A stretch of 64,000 nt of DNA. Origin: a bacterium (GTDB taxonomy: Bacteria; Patescibacteriota; Gracilibacteria; Peribacterales; Peribacteraceae). Below the pieces are notes generated by a model that was not told where the DNA came from, ran no database searches, and worked only from the letters and a program-made list of their open reading frames with translations. The stretch lies in assembly GCA_027623015.1 (NCBI GenBank), contig JAQBVR010000002.1:6258-70257 (forward strand). Direction: 5' to 3'. The position numbers and the translations under genes are program-made. Positions 18,758 through 28,507 of the stretch are shown here, one piece after another; positions within the stretch are counted from its first letter, which is position 1; the number at the start of each line of letters is the position of its first letter.

Positions 18758-20536
18758 CTATTTCACTGTGACGCTTTTGGCTAAGTTTCTAGGCATATCG
18801 GGGTCCTTCCCTCTTTTGACGGCAAGATAGTATGCGAGGACTTGTATCGGAATGATGTTGATGAGTGCTTGAGCATTTCCCACATCTGGTACTTTGAGCC
18901 ATTCATCAAAAGCCTCGTTGTTTTCTGGCGCTACACCTATAGTCATGGCTCCTCGTGACTTTATTTCTATGGTATTGGAGATGATGTCTGTGGTTACTTC
19001 GTCGTTTCCTACAAGAGCGATGCATGGTGTCCCCTCCTCGATCAACGCAATGGGTCCGTGCTTGAGCTCTCCGCCAGCGAAACCTTCTGCATGGATGTAA
19101 CTGACCTCTTGGATCTTGATCGCGCTCTCGAGTGCCATAGGGTAGTTCCAGCTTTTTCCTATGATGTATAGGTCTTCTTTGTCTTGAATCATTTCCGCAA
19201 GCTTCTCTATACGCTCGACGTATCGAGGGTTGAGGAGCTCAGTGATCTGTCCTGCAGACTCGAGGAGTAGAGTTTTTCCTTCGTGAAGTTGGTTCTTCAT
19301 TGCATAGGCGATCATCATGAGCACCGCCATCTGTCCTGTGAGAGCTTTGGTAGACGCTACTGCTCGTTCTGGTCCTGCGTTTATGAGGAGAGTGTAGTCT
19401 GCCTCTCTGTCGATGCTTGATCCTTCGACGTTCACGATAGCGAGAACTTTAGCTCCTTTGGACTTGGCGACTTTCATTGCTTCGAGTACATCTGCTGTTT
19501 CACCACTTTGACTTACAGCTATCATTAAGCTCTCTGGCTGGAGGAAGTGGTGGTAGACTTTGAATTCTGATGCAGGAGCAAAGTTGATGTGGTGCTCTGC
19601 GATAACAGAGAAGAAGTACTCAGCAGCCATGCAAGCCTTGCCTGCTGTACCGCATCCTACAAGGAATGTTCCTTTTGCATCGGTGATTGCTTTTGCAATA
19701 GTTTTGATCTGCTCTTCATCTTGGTTTACAGCTCTGGCGATACTTTCTTTCTGGTCCATGATCTCCTTCAGCATGAAGTGCGCGAATTCTCCTTTGTGTG
19801 CCTGTTCTACAGACCATGTTATCTCTACCTCACGCTTTGGTCGCTCTTCTCCTGATGCTATATCTGTAAAGAGTATAGACTTGCCATCACAGACAACCAT
19901 CTCTCCATCATCGAGGTATTGCACTGTTTTCGTGTGCTCGGCAAATGCAGGAATGTCAGAAGCGATAAAGTACCCTCCTTTTGTCTTGTTTACTCCGACA
20001 ATAAGTGGTGAGCCTGTTCTTGCTGCAACGATAGTTTCGGATGTCGTGTTCATAGCAAGAAGTGCATAGCGACCATCAAACATCTTACATGCGTTTCGTA
20101 CAGCATGAGCGAAGTCATCTGTGGATTTCATCTCTTCTTCTATGAGGTGTGGGATGATCTCCGTATCTGTTTCAGATTTGAACGTGTGCCCTTTGGTTAT
20201 TAGGTCATCTCGTAGCTCCTGATAGTTCTCAATGATTCCATTGTGCACGACAGCGATTGTGCCGTCTCCACTCATATGCGGATGAGCGTTGACTGATGTG
20301 ACACCTCCGTGAGTGGCCCACCTCGTATGAGCGATAGCGAGTGAGGATGTACTACAAAAAATACTACTATCTACTCCACTGATCTTTCCTGTGTCTTTTT
20401 GAATCTTGATGGCACCATCTTGCTTACATGCAACACCCCAAGAGTCGTACCCTCTGTATTCCAGATGTTTTATACCATCGCTGACGATTTTGCCTGCATC
20501 GGTACGTGGTCCGACATATCCAGATATTCCACACAT
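18758..20536 (-). CDS. glmS: Glutamine--fructose-6-phosphate transaminase
   Basis: MCGI, LEYRGYDS, HTRWATHG, SQSGETAD, ELKHGP, PRNLAKSVTV. Confidence 0.98.
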   Translation of the reverse strand: MCGISGYVGPRTDAGKIVSDGIKHLEYRGYDSWGVACKQDGAIKIQKDTGKISGVDSSIFCSTSSLAIAHTRWATHGGVTSVNAHPHMSGDGTIAVVHNGIIENYQELRDDLITKGHTFKSETDTEIIPHLIEEEMKSTDDFAHAVRNACKMFDGRYALLAMNTTSETIVAARTGSPLIVGVNKTKGGYFIASDIPAFAEHTKTVQYLDDGEMVVCDGKSILFTDIASGEERPKREVEITWSVEQAHKGEFAHFMLKEIMDQKESIARAVNQDEEQIKTIAKAITDAKGTFLVGCGTAGKACMAAEYFFSVIAEHHINFAPASEFKVYHHFLQPESLMIAVSQSGETADVLEAMKVAKSKGAKVLAIVNVEGSSIDREADYTLLINAGPERAVASTKALTGQMAVLMMIAYAMKNQLHEGKTLLLESAGQITELLNPRYVERIEKLAEMIQDKEDLYIIGKSWNYPMALESAIKIQEVSYIHAEGFAGGELKHGPIALIEEGTPCIALVGNDEVTTDIISNTIEIKSRGAMTIGVAPENNEAFDEWLKVPDVGNAQALINIIPIQVLAYYLAVKRGKDPDMPRNLAKSVTVK

Positions 20537-20581
20537 GATAGGTAGTTAACTTGAATTTCGTTATTTAGTCAATACAAGGTA

Positions 20582-20690
20582 AAATTCCAAATCGCAAATG
20601 TCAAATGCCAAATTTACTATAATCAATGCCCTTTCTCCGTACGGTACTATTAGAGCCTTTTTGTTATTTGAGTTTTGGAATTTGGAATTT
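20582..20690. repeat. Heptamer tandem repeats (AAATxCC-type) forming an inverted pair
   Basis: AAATTCC AAATCGC AAATGTC AAATGCC AAATTT ... TTTGAGT TTTGGAA TTTGGAATTT. Confidence 0.65.
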
Positions 20691-20743
20691 TCTCCATATT
20701 TCATTGCGAATCTTTCATTAGCAGCGTAAAGTATTGCGGATTT

Positions 20744-21004
20744 ATGCCACTCATTAAGTCAGCTATCAAACGGGCAAGACAAAATACGGTTCGCCGAGCA
20801 AGGCGTCAGCCGTTCAATTCTCATATGAAGTCGATGATGAAAAAGATTACAGATCTTGCAAAAGATGGAAATACTGCAGAGGCCATCAAATTACTACCAA
20901 CTGTCTACAAATCTATCGATACTGCAGCTAAGAAGTCTATTATCCATAAATCTACTGCAGCGCGTAAGAAATCAAAGATGGCGAAACTTGTTGCAGTCAA
21001 ATAA
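20744..21004 (+). CDS. rpsT: 30S ribosomal protein S20
   Basis: MPLIKSAIKRARQN...SIDTAAKKSIIHKSTAARKKS. Confidence 0.96.
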   Translation: MPLIKSAIKRARQNTVRRARRQPFNSHMKSMMKKITDLAKDGNTAEAIKLLPTVYKSIDTAAKKSIIHKSTAARKKSKMAKLVAVK

Positions 21005-21013
21005 TTATTCTAT

Positions 21014-21385
21014 ATGAGCAATATGCTTGCTCTAGATATTGGCTCCAGACGTACTGGAGTTGCTTTTTGTAGTGATCAAACAGGTGTCGCTGTTAGTCTT
21101 GAAACTTTGCAACACTCTTCTATTGATGATCTTTCTGAGCAAGTATTGGCTTTGTGTAGTGCTAGAGACGTTTCTATGGTCATTTGTGGCCTCCCTTTGC
21201 TCCCTGGTGGCGAAGAGGGCTCGCAAGCAGCATACGTTCGACTTTTTACAGATATATTGGAAGATAGTGGTCTTGCAGTGGACTATTTAGATGAGCGCTA
21301 TACATCGAATGCTCACAGATCAGTAGATAAAGACGCTTCTGCAGCATGCAAGCTTATTTTGACATATCAGGAAAGAAATTCATAA
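21014..21385 (+). CDS. ruvX: RuvX/YqgF nuclease
   Basis: LALDIGSRRTGVA, GLP, DERYTS, DA.AA..IL. Confidence 0.92.
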   Translation: MSNMLALDIGSRRTGVAFCSDQTGVAVSLETLQHSSIDDLSEQVLALCSARDVSMVICGLPLLPGGEEGSQAAYVRLFTDILEDSGLAVDYLDERYTSNAHRSVDKDASAACKLILTYQERNS

Positions 21386-21389
21386 AGTA

Positions 21390-21439
21390 TTGACAAATTC
21401 TCAAAGTGCTTTAAAATAAATCCCTTTGCTCTTTTGACA
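21390..21439 (+). promoter_or_regulatory. Sigma70 promoter followed by a boxA-like motif
   Basis: TTGACA-N16-TAAAAT, then TGCTCTTTTGACA at 21427-21439. Confidence 0.5.
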
Positions 21440-21561
21440 ACTACGTTTTACTTAAATAACTTAAAAGCTTTTAAGCAGATTGTGTCTACCGAAACCGTGC
21501 TTAGAACTTCCATTTATGTCAATATTTTGGTAAAACAAGAGTTGTCCCTTTCCTTGCCCTT

Positions 21562-22665
21562 ATGAGTGATCCATCTTCCCAGACTACAGCAGTGCAGCAA
21601 AAGCCTGTAAATAAGCAGCTAACCGTCAATCTTGACGAGTTGCTTAATAGTTTGTTCCTTGTATTGACTGAAAAAGAAGCAACAGTGGTTAAGCGCCGCT
21701 TTGCACTCCAAGGTCATCAAAAACAAACATTGGAGAAGATTGGCAAGCACTTTAATGTAACAAGGGAGCGTATACGTCAAATTGAGAGCATTGCCCTAGG
21801 CAAGCTTCGCAGAACTGTACGTACAACACTTCTCGACGAAGTAAATGATGTCGCTAAGATTGCTTTGCAGGCACATGGCGGTGTTTGTACTGAGGATATC
21901 CTTGTTTCAGAGGTTCTTACCATGATCAAGGGGAGTAACGAAATGGATGGCTCTGTATTGCGCCTTTCCTTTTCTATCGATAATGAGCTTCATAACGGGA
22001 CACGCAGCAATACATTTCGACCATTCTGGAGACTTGATTCTCTTTCTATGGACGATGCTTCTCTCATTATGAACAATATGGTAAAGATCTTAAAAAAGAG
22101 AAAATCTTGTATGCGTGAAGATGAGATCGTTTCTGCTATTCAAGCTCTAAACCTCTTTGACAATCGCACACCAAGCAAGGAGCTTATTGTAAGCTGTCTT
22201 AGTGTCGACGAGCGTCTACGAGAGATCTCTGAAGGTTGGGGTTTGACAGACTGGCGCTTCGTTCGCCCTCGGTCTATTCGAGATAAGGTAGAGATCATTT
22301 TAAAGAAAACTGGTGAACCACTTCATTTTATGGAGATTGCAAACCATATCCGTGAGGCAGACTTTGATCACAAAAACGTTACTGTCCAAGCTGTACACAA
22401 CGAACTTATTCGCTATCCACAGTTTGTTCTTGTTGGTCGTGGCCTCTATGCATTAAAAGATTGGGGTTACGAGTCTGGCACTGTCGCAGATGTTATCGAA
22501 CGCATACTTATTGAAAAAGGACCACTTTCAAAGAAAGAGATCATCGCTGAGGTTGCTAGGCAGCGTACAGTGAAGATTGGAACTATTTCTCTGAATCTTC
22601 AGAAGATGCCGTACTTCAAGCGTGTTGGTCGAGCTGTTTACGCCTTCGATGAGTCATTGAAGTAA
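21562..22665 (+). CDS. CPR-conserved protein with a sigma70 region-4 HTH and a C-terminal HARE-HTH/delta-like domain
   Basis: TLEKIGKHFNVTRERIRQIE (region 4), then PLHFMEIA...VHNELI..PQFVLVGRGLYAL..WG. Confidence 0.82.
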   Translation: MSDPSSQTTAVQQKPVNKQLTVNLDELLNSLFLVLTEKEATVVKRRFALQGHQKQTLEKIGKHFNVTRERIRQIESIALGKLRRTVRTTLLDEVNDVAKIALQAHGGVCTEDILVSEVLTMIKGSNEMDGSVLRLSFSIDNELHNGTRSNTFRPFWRLDSLSMDDASLIMNNMVKILKKRKSCMREDEIVSAIQALNLFDNRTPSKELIVSCLSVDERLREISEGWGLTDWRFVRPRSIRDKVEIILKKTGEPLHFMEIANHIREADFDHKNVTVQAVHNELIRYPQFVLVGRGLYALKDWGYESGTVADVIERILIEKGPLSKKEIIAEVARQRTVKIGTISLNLQKMPYFKRVGRAVYAFDESLK

Positions 22666-22676
22666 TTTCCTTTTCT

Positions 22677-23486
22677 ATGAAAAGACTTTTGCTCTGTTTT
22701 TTGGCAGTTACTCTTACTTCATGCCAGGATCCTAAAATTCCTATTCCCCTTCCTGAGGGTGAGCAGACTATTCAGGGTATCTTACACCCAGCTGAACTTT
22801 CTATTGTTCGCCGAGGAACACATGTACTAGTAATAGACGGCACAGAGCAGTATTTTGTAGAGAGTGCTGTGGTAAATCTTCGTGGTTACGAGTTGAAACT
22901 CGTTACACTTCGTGGATTTCTCGAACCTAATCTTGACCTCGATGCTTATCCCCTTCTTGTAGTTAATAGTGTTGTCGACGTGGAGTCCACTTCTCGAGAG
23001 TGGTATGTTGGTTTCCTTGATCTATCTATTACGACGCCTTTGTCATGGACTCAGTCGATTGCAAGTGGGACAGTTCACTTCTTTATTAAGGAGTTTTCTA
23101 ACAACCCAGTCCTCACACTATCTCAAGAAGCGGGTACTGTTCTTCCTGTAGGCACATCTATAGTTGTAGATGGACTTCCAGCTGTTCGTATAACAGATGA
23201 GCGTATGGGTAGCCAAACGATAACTGTTAGGCGCGATGATAAACTTTTAACGATACTTTTCTCTCCTCGAGAAGGTATGGACATCGTGAAGGTAAAGACT
23301 GATTGGATAGCAGTTTTACAATCTATTGACTTAACAGAATCCTCTCGAAGTTCATCTCCTTCGACATCTTCTGGCGCAGTTATTGGCAAACCTTGTGGTG
23401 GTTCCGCTGGGATTTTATGCGCAGTTGGATTCTTCTGTCAGATTACTGATCTCAAAGAAAACATAGGAATGTGTATGAAATTATAG
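22677..23486 (+). CDS. Lipoprotein with a C-terminal four-Cys motif
   Basis: Lipobox LTSC and CGGSAGILC..GFFC...GMC. Confidence 0.7.
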   Translation: MKRLLLCFLAVTLTSCQDPKIPIPLPEGEQTIQGILHPAELSIVRRGTHVLVIDGTEQYFVESAVVNLRGYELKLVTLRGFLEPNLDLDAYPLLVVNSVVDVESTSREWYVGFLDLSITTPLSWTQSIASGTVHFFIKEFSNNPVLTLSQEAGTVLPVGTSIVVDGLPAVRITDERMGSQTITVRRDDKLLTILFSPREGMDIVKVKTDWIAVLQSIDLTESSRSSSPSTSSGAVIGKPCGGSAGILCAVGFFCQITDLKENIGMCMKL

Positions 23487-23628
23487 GTGTACGAAGATAC
23501 ACCACAATATTCTGATCCTCTTGCAAGGTTGAAAATTTGCATGCATTCGATGATTGAAATAGGGTAGGTGCACATTCGAACACCATTAGGTTCATTCGAC
23601 ATTTCCTTACCTCCCTTCCCCAAGTATC

Positions 23629-24702
23629 ATGACTAAGCAATCCAATCCTCCCCCTACTATCATGACAGCAAATCCTTCACCTCAGTCTTCAAAGACTGCT
23701 GGCAAAGCTACTAATCCGAAAGATGACGCAATCGCTAGTGCACTTTTACAAATAGAAAAGCAATACGGCGTAGGTGCCGTCATGAAAATGAATGAAAATG
23801 CGAATAAGAATATCATGCGTTTTCCTTCTGGATCTCTCTCTCTTGACCTTGCTCTTGGAGGTGGTATGCCATCTGGTCGAATCATTGAAATATATGGTCC
23901 TGAGTCGTCAGGAAAAACGACACTATCTTTGCACTCAGTTGCAGAAGTGCAAAAGGCGGGTGGTCGCACAGCGTTTATAGATGCTGAGCATGCTCTAGAT
24001 ATTCAATATGCTAAAAAGATCGGAGTAGATATAGATTCTCTTCTAGTATCACAGCCTGATTGTGGTGAGGAAGCCTTAGAAATTTGTGAAACACTTATAC
24101 GGAGTGGCGCTATAGATCTTATTGTGATCGACTCTGTAGCTGCACTTACTCCTCGAGCAGAGATTGATGGCATGATGGGAGATAGCCACATGGGTTTACA
24201 AGCACGTCTTATGAGCCAGGCTCTACGAAAGTTGACAGCGATAGTTTCGAAGACAAATTGTTCTGTGATCTTCATTAATCAAATTCGTATGAAGATTGGT
24301 GTCATGTTTGGTAGTCCTGAGACAACATCCGGTGGACAAGCCTTGAAATTCTACTCTTCTGTTCGTTTAGATGTTCGTAGAATCGATAAAATTCTAGAAA
24401 AGGGTGAGGGCACACAGGATATAGTTGGAAATAGAACACGCGTAAAAGTAGTGAAAAATAAAGTTGCTCCTCCTTTCCGACAGGCAGAGTTTGATATTCT
24501 GTACTCTAAAGGTATTAGCAAGGAGGGAGATATATTGGATCTTGGTGTGCAGTACGGTGTTTTGGAAAAAAGCGGTGCGTATTACAAGCTCCAGGAAGAG
24601 ACGATTGGTCAGGGTAAGGAGCAAGCACGACAATTCCTTATCGATAACCCAAAGATTACTTCAAAACTAGAGAAAGACATTCGAAAGGCGGCAGGTTTGT
24701 AG
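23629..24702 (+). CDS. recA: Recombinase RecA
   Basis: [40 protein letters not shown]. Confidence 0.98.
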   Translation: MTKQSNPPPTIMTANPSPQSSKTAGKATNPKDDAIASALLQIEKQYGVGAVMKMNENANKNIMRFPSGSLSLDLALGGGMPSGRIIEIYGPESSGKTTLSLHSVAEVQKAGGRTAFIDAEHALDIQYAKKIGVDIDSLLVSQPDCGEEALEICETLIRSGAIDLIVIDSVAALTPRAEIDGMMGDSHMGLQARLMSQALRKLTAIVSKTNCSVIFINQIRMKIGVMFGSPETTSGGQALKFYSSVRLDVRRIDKILEKGEGTQDIVGNRTRVKVVKNKVAPPFRQAEFDILYSKGISKEGDILDLGVQYGVLEKSGAYYKLQEETIGQGKEQARQFLIDNPKITSKLEKDIRKAAGL

Positions 24703-24791
24703 CATCGCAGTATTTTGCAATCGGGGTCTAGTTCACCTATCTAGGGTGGGAAGGGGGACCTCGATTGAATACTGATACAAATTAGTGTGAT

Positions 24792-24854
24792 ACTTCCACA
24801 AGTTTTCCACATTATCATAACACCAGTCTTCTAAAGCTACACAAACTATCCACA
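24792..24854 (+). promoter_or_regulatory. Cluster of three DnaA-box-like sites upstream of dnaB
   Basis: ACTTCCACA 24792, TTTTCCACA 24803 and CTATCCACA 24846, all in the same orientation. Confidence 0.55.
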
Positions 24855-24939
24855 GTGACATAGGAATACAAACAAGGCATATATCGCAATGAGGATTCAT
24901 TGAATAGTATTACAACTAGCAGCACAATGTCTCTCCTCT

Positions 24940-26301
24940 ATGAGTTCTTCACCAAAGCAATCATCGGTTACACTCACACAACCACATTCAACTGATGCAG
25001 AAAAAACAGTTCTTGGTGCATTGCTTATGGATCCAGATGCGATCATCAAAGTTTCTGATTTCCTTACAGTCGATGACTTTTATGATCCTACTTATAGAAT
25101 GATTTATAAAGCTATATTTGATCTCTATCAAGATCATGAGGTTGTCGATTTTGTAACAGTAAGTAATAAGCTTAGTAGTAATGATAAATTTGACACACTT
25201 GGTGGCAGCTCTTTTCTTGCGAATCTTGCATCGGATGTTCCAACTTCATCCCACGTGTATCAGTATGGCCAGATTGTAAAAACAAAAGCTATTCTACGAC
25301 GCATTATCGAAGCTGGAGAACGCATTAAGGGTTTAGGTTTTGAAGAAGATAGGGCTATTGCTGAGCTGCTTGATGATGCAGAGAAAACAGTCTTTCAAAT
25401 TTCAAATACATTTCTAAAGGACAAGTTTGTTCATATCCGAGAAATTTTGGAAATGCGATATGAGAGATTTGCAGAAATGCATGAATCAGATGATGACGAA
25501 GCTGTTAAAGGAGTTCCAACAGGTTTCAATGCATTGGATCAGAAGCTATCTGGATTTCAGCCTAGTGATCTCATCATTATTGCCGCACGACCTTCTATGG
25601 GTAAGACTGCTCTCGCTCTAAATATCGCACAAAATGCTGCTATTCGTTTCGGGAAAAGTGTTGGCGTCTTTTCACTAGAGATGAGCAAAGAACAACTTGT
25701 AGATCGTATGTTTGCATCCATGCTAGGTGTGGACTCTTGGAAACTTCAACGAGGAAAGCTTGATGATAGCGACTTTCAGAATATGGGCCCTATTATGGAT
25801 GAGCTTAGTAAGTCAAACATTTTTATCGATGACTCTGTAGCCTCTTCTTTACCAGAGCTCCGAGCAAAAGCAAGACGACTTCAGATGGAACATGGTTTGG
25901 ATATGATCATTGTGGATTATATGCAACTCATGAGTACAGGCAATGCGAGTTATGCTGGTAATCGTGTTCAAGAGATTTCTGAAATTTCTCGTTCTTTAAA
26001 ACAGCTTGGTCGTGAACTTCATATACCTATTGTTGCTTTGTCTCAGCTTTCTCGTGCTGTTGAAAGCCGCCCAGGGAATATTCCTCAGCTTTCAGATCTC
26101 CGTGAATCTGGTTCTATCGAGCAAGATGCTGATGTCGTGATGATGATGTATCGAGAGGATTATTATGAAGAAGACAGTGATAGACCTGGGCTAACAGATA
26201 TTTACATTCGAAAGCATCGAAATGGACCTATTGGTCGTGTTGAACTTATGTTCCGAAAAGAACAAATCCGTTTCTATGATGTCGACAAAGCTCATAGCTA
26301 G
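24940..26301 (+). CDS. dnaB: Replicative DNA helicase
   Basis: AARPSMGKT, FSLEMS, DYMQL, LSQLSR, SDLRESGSIEQDAD, KHRNGP. Confidence 0.98.
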   Translation: MSSSPKQSSVTLTQPHSTDAEKTVLGALLMDPDAIIKVSDFLTVDDFYDPTYRMIYKAIFDLYQDHEVVDFVTVSNKLSSNDKFDTLGGSSFLANLASDVPTSSHVYQYGQIVKTKAILRRIIEAGERIKGLGFEEDRAIAELLDDAEKTVFQISNTFLKDKFVHIREILEMRYERFAEMHESDDDEAVKGVPTGFNALDQKLSGFQPSDLIIIAARPSMGKTALALNIAQNAAIRFGKSVGVFSLEMSKEQLVDRMFASMLGVDSWKLQRGKLDDSDFQNMGPIMDELSKSNIFIDDSVASSLPELRAKARRLQMEHGLDMIIVDYMQLMSTGNASYAGNRVQEISEISRSLKQLGRELHIPIVALSQLSRAVESRPGNIPQLSDLRESGSIEQDADVVMMMYREDYYEEDSDRPGLTDIYIRKHRNGPIGRVELMFRKEQIRFYDVDKAHS

Positions 26302-26340
26302 ACTAGTAATTCCTTTTGCTTGTCTTTACAATATGTCTCC

Positions 26341-27399
26341 ATGGTTGAGTTTATGCCACCACGTCCAGAAATATCCTTAATCGCAATTGTCGGTTATGCA
26401 TTTTTTGCTTTTCTTATTGGGCTAGCTGCCACTCCTTCCTTTGTTCGTTTCTTACGTAAAAACAGAATCGGTAAACAATTGCGAGTAGAATCTGTAGATG
26501 GTCGTGGTGCCTCTATTTTCCGTAAGTATCATAAGGACAAATACGGAACGCCAACTATGGGAGGCATACTTATCTGGTTATCAATAGTAGTTACTGTTCT
26601 CTTTTCAAGATCTTTATCTTTCTACGGAGCTGTTGACCATTCAATCTTACAACGTGGTGAAGTGTATCTTCCCCTTTTAACTCTTGTTTTTTTAGGCTTG
26701 CTTGGCGCTATCGATGACTATATCAATGTTTCAATTTCCAATAAAAAAGGTGGGCTAAATGTTTTTCCTAAAGTCATAGTTCTTCTTCTTTTTTCTACGA
26801 TTGGTTCTTGGTGGTTTATCTCTAAGCTTGGTATTTCACAAATCCACGTTCCTTTTGTGGGCTCGTATGATCTAGGATTTTGGTATATACCTGTTTTCTT
26901 CTTTATCGTTATAGGAACTGCTAATGCTGTGAATGTTACAGATGGTCTTGATGGTCTTGCAGCAGGTCTTCTTATTATTGCTTATACCTCATTGGCAATT
27001 GTCGCTTTTCTTAGCGGTTATACAGTTCTAGCATCGTTCTGTGCCGTTACTGCTGGAGCAATTGCTGCTTTTCTTTGGCACAATGTCCCCCCTGCACTCT
27101 TCTTTATGGGAGACACTGGTTCTTTAGCACTGGGTGGAACACTTGGTGTTATAGCTTTAATGACCGATAATATTATAGTTCTTCCTTTTATCGGATTTGT
27201 GTTTGTTATTGAGATGCTTTCAGTGATCATCCAACTTCTTAGTAAGAAGTTACGTGGCGGAAAGAAGGTATTTCTTGCTGCACCTATCCACCATCATTTT
27301 GAGGCTCTGGATTGGGGGGAAAGTAAGGTTACGATGCGATTATGGATCATTGGCTCATTCTTTGCTTTGATCGGTATATTTATAGGCATCGCTGGATAG
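26341..27399 (+). CDS. mraY: Phospho-N-acetylmuramoyl-pentapeptide transferase
   Basis: GTPTMGG, DDY, NAVNVTDGLDGLA, FMGDTGS, APIHHHFE. Confidence 0.97.
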   Translation: MVEFMPPRPEISLIAIVGYAFFAFLIGLAATPSFVRFLRKNRIGKQLRVESVDGRGASIFRKYHKDKYGTPTMGGILIWLSIVVTVLFSRSLSFYGAVDHSILQRGEVYLPLLTLVFLGLLGAIDDYINVSISNKKGGLNVFPKVIVLLLFSTIGSWWFISKLGISQIHVPFVGSYDLGFWYIPVFFFIVIGTANAVNVTDGLDGLAAGLLIIAYTSLAIVAFLSGYTVLASFCAVTAGAIAAFLWHNVPPALFFMGDTGSLALGGTLGVIALMTDNIIVLPFIGFVFVIEMLSVIIQLLSKKLRGGKKVFLAAPIHHHFEALDWGESKVTMRLWIIGSFFALIGIFIGIAG

Positions 27400-27467
27400 T
27401 GAATCTTTTTACAAAAACCATAGTTTCATTTTGCACTTTCACCATTGCGTAACTACCATATCTACCA

Positions 27468-28490
27468 ATGATAAGAGTCGCTATAAACGGCTATGGACGC
27501 ATCGGACGCAATGTCCATAGACAGTTAATTGATCGTTTTTCAGATACTGTTGAGGTTGTTGGTATAAACGCTTCTACAGATGCTGAAATGCGTGCGTATT
27601 TGCTTCGATTTGATTCCCTTCATGGGAAGTTCCAAGGTGAATTGTCTGTTAAAGATGAGCATCACATCACCGTAAATGGCTTGGATGTTCGCGTTGTTCG
27701 CGAGCATGAGCCAAGCAACTGTCCATGGAAGGAACTCAAGGTTGATATTGTAGTAGAATCCACAGGTCACTTTACTAGTCGTGAGACAGCAAAAGGTCAC
27801 TTAGATGCTGGGGCAAAGCGTGTCATTGTTACAGCTCCAATGAAGGACGACACTCCTACTTTTGTATTAGGAGTCAATGATGATCTTCTTACCGCAGATA
27901 TGGACATCATTTCCAATGCTTCTTGTACGACAAACTGTATTGCTCCAGTTATAAAAATTATCGATGCTGCATTTGGTATTGAAAGCCTTCTTGTGAATTC
28001 AGTTCATGCATTTACTGCATCGCAGAATCTTTTAGACAATAAGCCAAAGGAAGGCCGAGACTTTCGCAGGACACGTGCAACAACTATGTCCATCATTCCT
28101 ACAACAACAGGAGCAATTAAGGCATGCGGAAAGATCTTTCCTCATCTAGACGGTAAGCTCGATGGCATGTCTTTTCGCGTTCCTGTCCCTACAGTAAGTT
28201 GTGCATATATGGCTTTTACACTCTCTACTGCTACTACTGAAAAAAATGTACTCAAAGCTCTTGATGCTGCAGCAAAAGACCCAAAAATGAAAGACATCTT
28301 CTCAGTAAGCACTGAGGAATGCGTCTCTATTGACTTTCAAACGGATCCTCACTCTTCTATCGTAGATGAGACATTTATCAAAGTCGTCGATGGGACGGCA
28401 TTGCAACTTCTTAGCTGGTATGACAATGAGTGGGGCTATGCCATGAGAGTTACCGAGCTTCTTTCGAAGGTTGGTGCTATGATGTCATAA
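27468..28490 (+). CDS. gap: Type I GAPDH, GapB-like (probably NADP-dependent)
   Basis: INGYGRIGR, SNASCTTNC, RVP, WYDNEWGY. It has GINAS where NAD-type enzymes have INDL. Confidence 0.92.
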   Translation: MIRVAINGYGRIGRNVHRQLIDRFSDTVEVVGINASTDAEMRAYLLRFDSLHGKFQGELSVKDEHHITVNGLDVRVVREHEPSNCPWKELKVDIVVESTGHFTSRETAKGHLDAGAKRVIVTAPMKDDTPTFVLGVNDDLLTADMDIISNASCTTNCIAPVIKIIDAAFGIESLLVNSVHAFTASQNLLDNKPKEGRDFRRTRATTMSIIPTTTGAIKACGKIFPHLDGKLDGMSFRVPVPTVSCAYMAFTLSTATTEKNVLKALDAAAKDPKMKDIFSVSTEECVSIDFQTDPHSSIVDETFIKVVDGTALQLLSWYDNEWGYAMRVTELLSKVGAMMS

Positions 28491-28507
28491 CACTTTTCCA
28501 ATTTACT

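Noticed and set aside
20537-20743. glmS ribozyme upstream of glmS
   Set aside because: No ribozyme core is visible; the region holds only a short leader and heptamer repeats.
23629-26301. Inteins in recA, dnaB or the PBP
   Set aside because: recA and dnaB have normal lengths, and there are no C/S...HN splice motifs in the PBP inserts.
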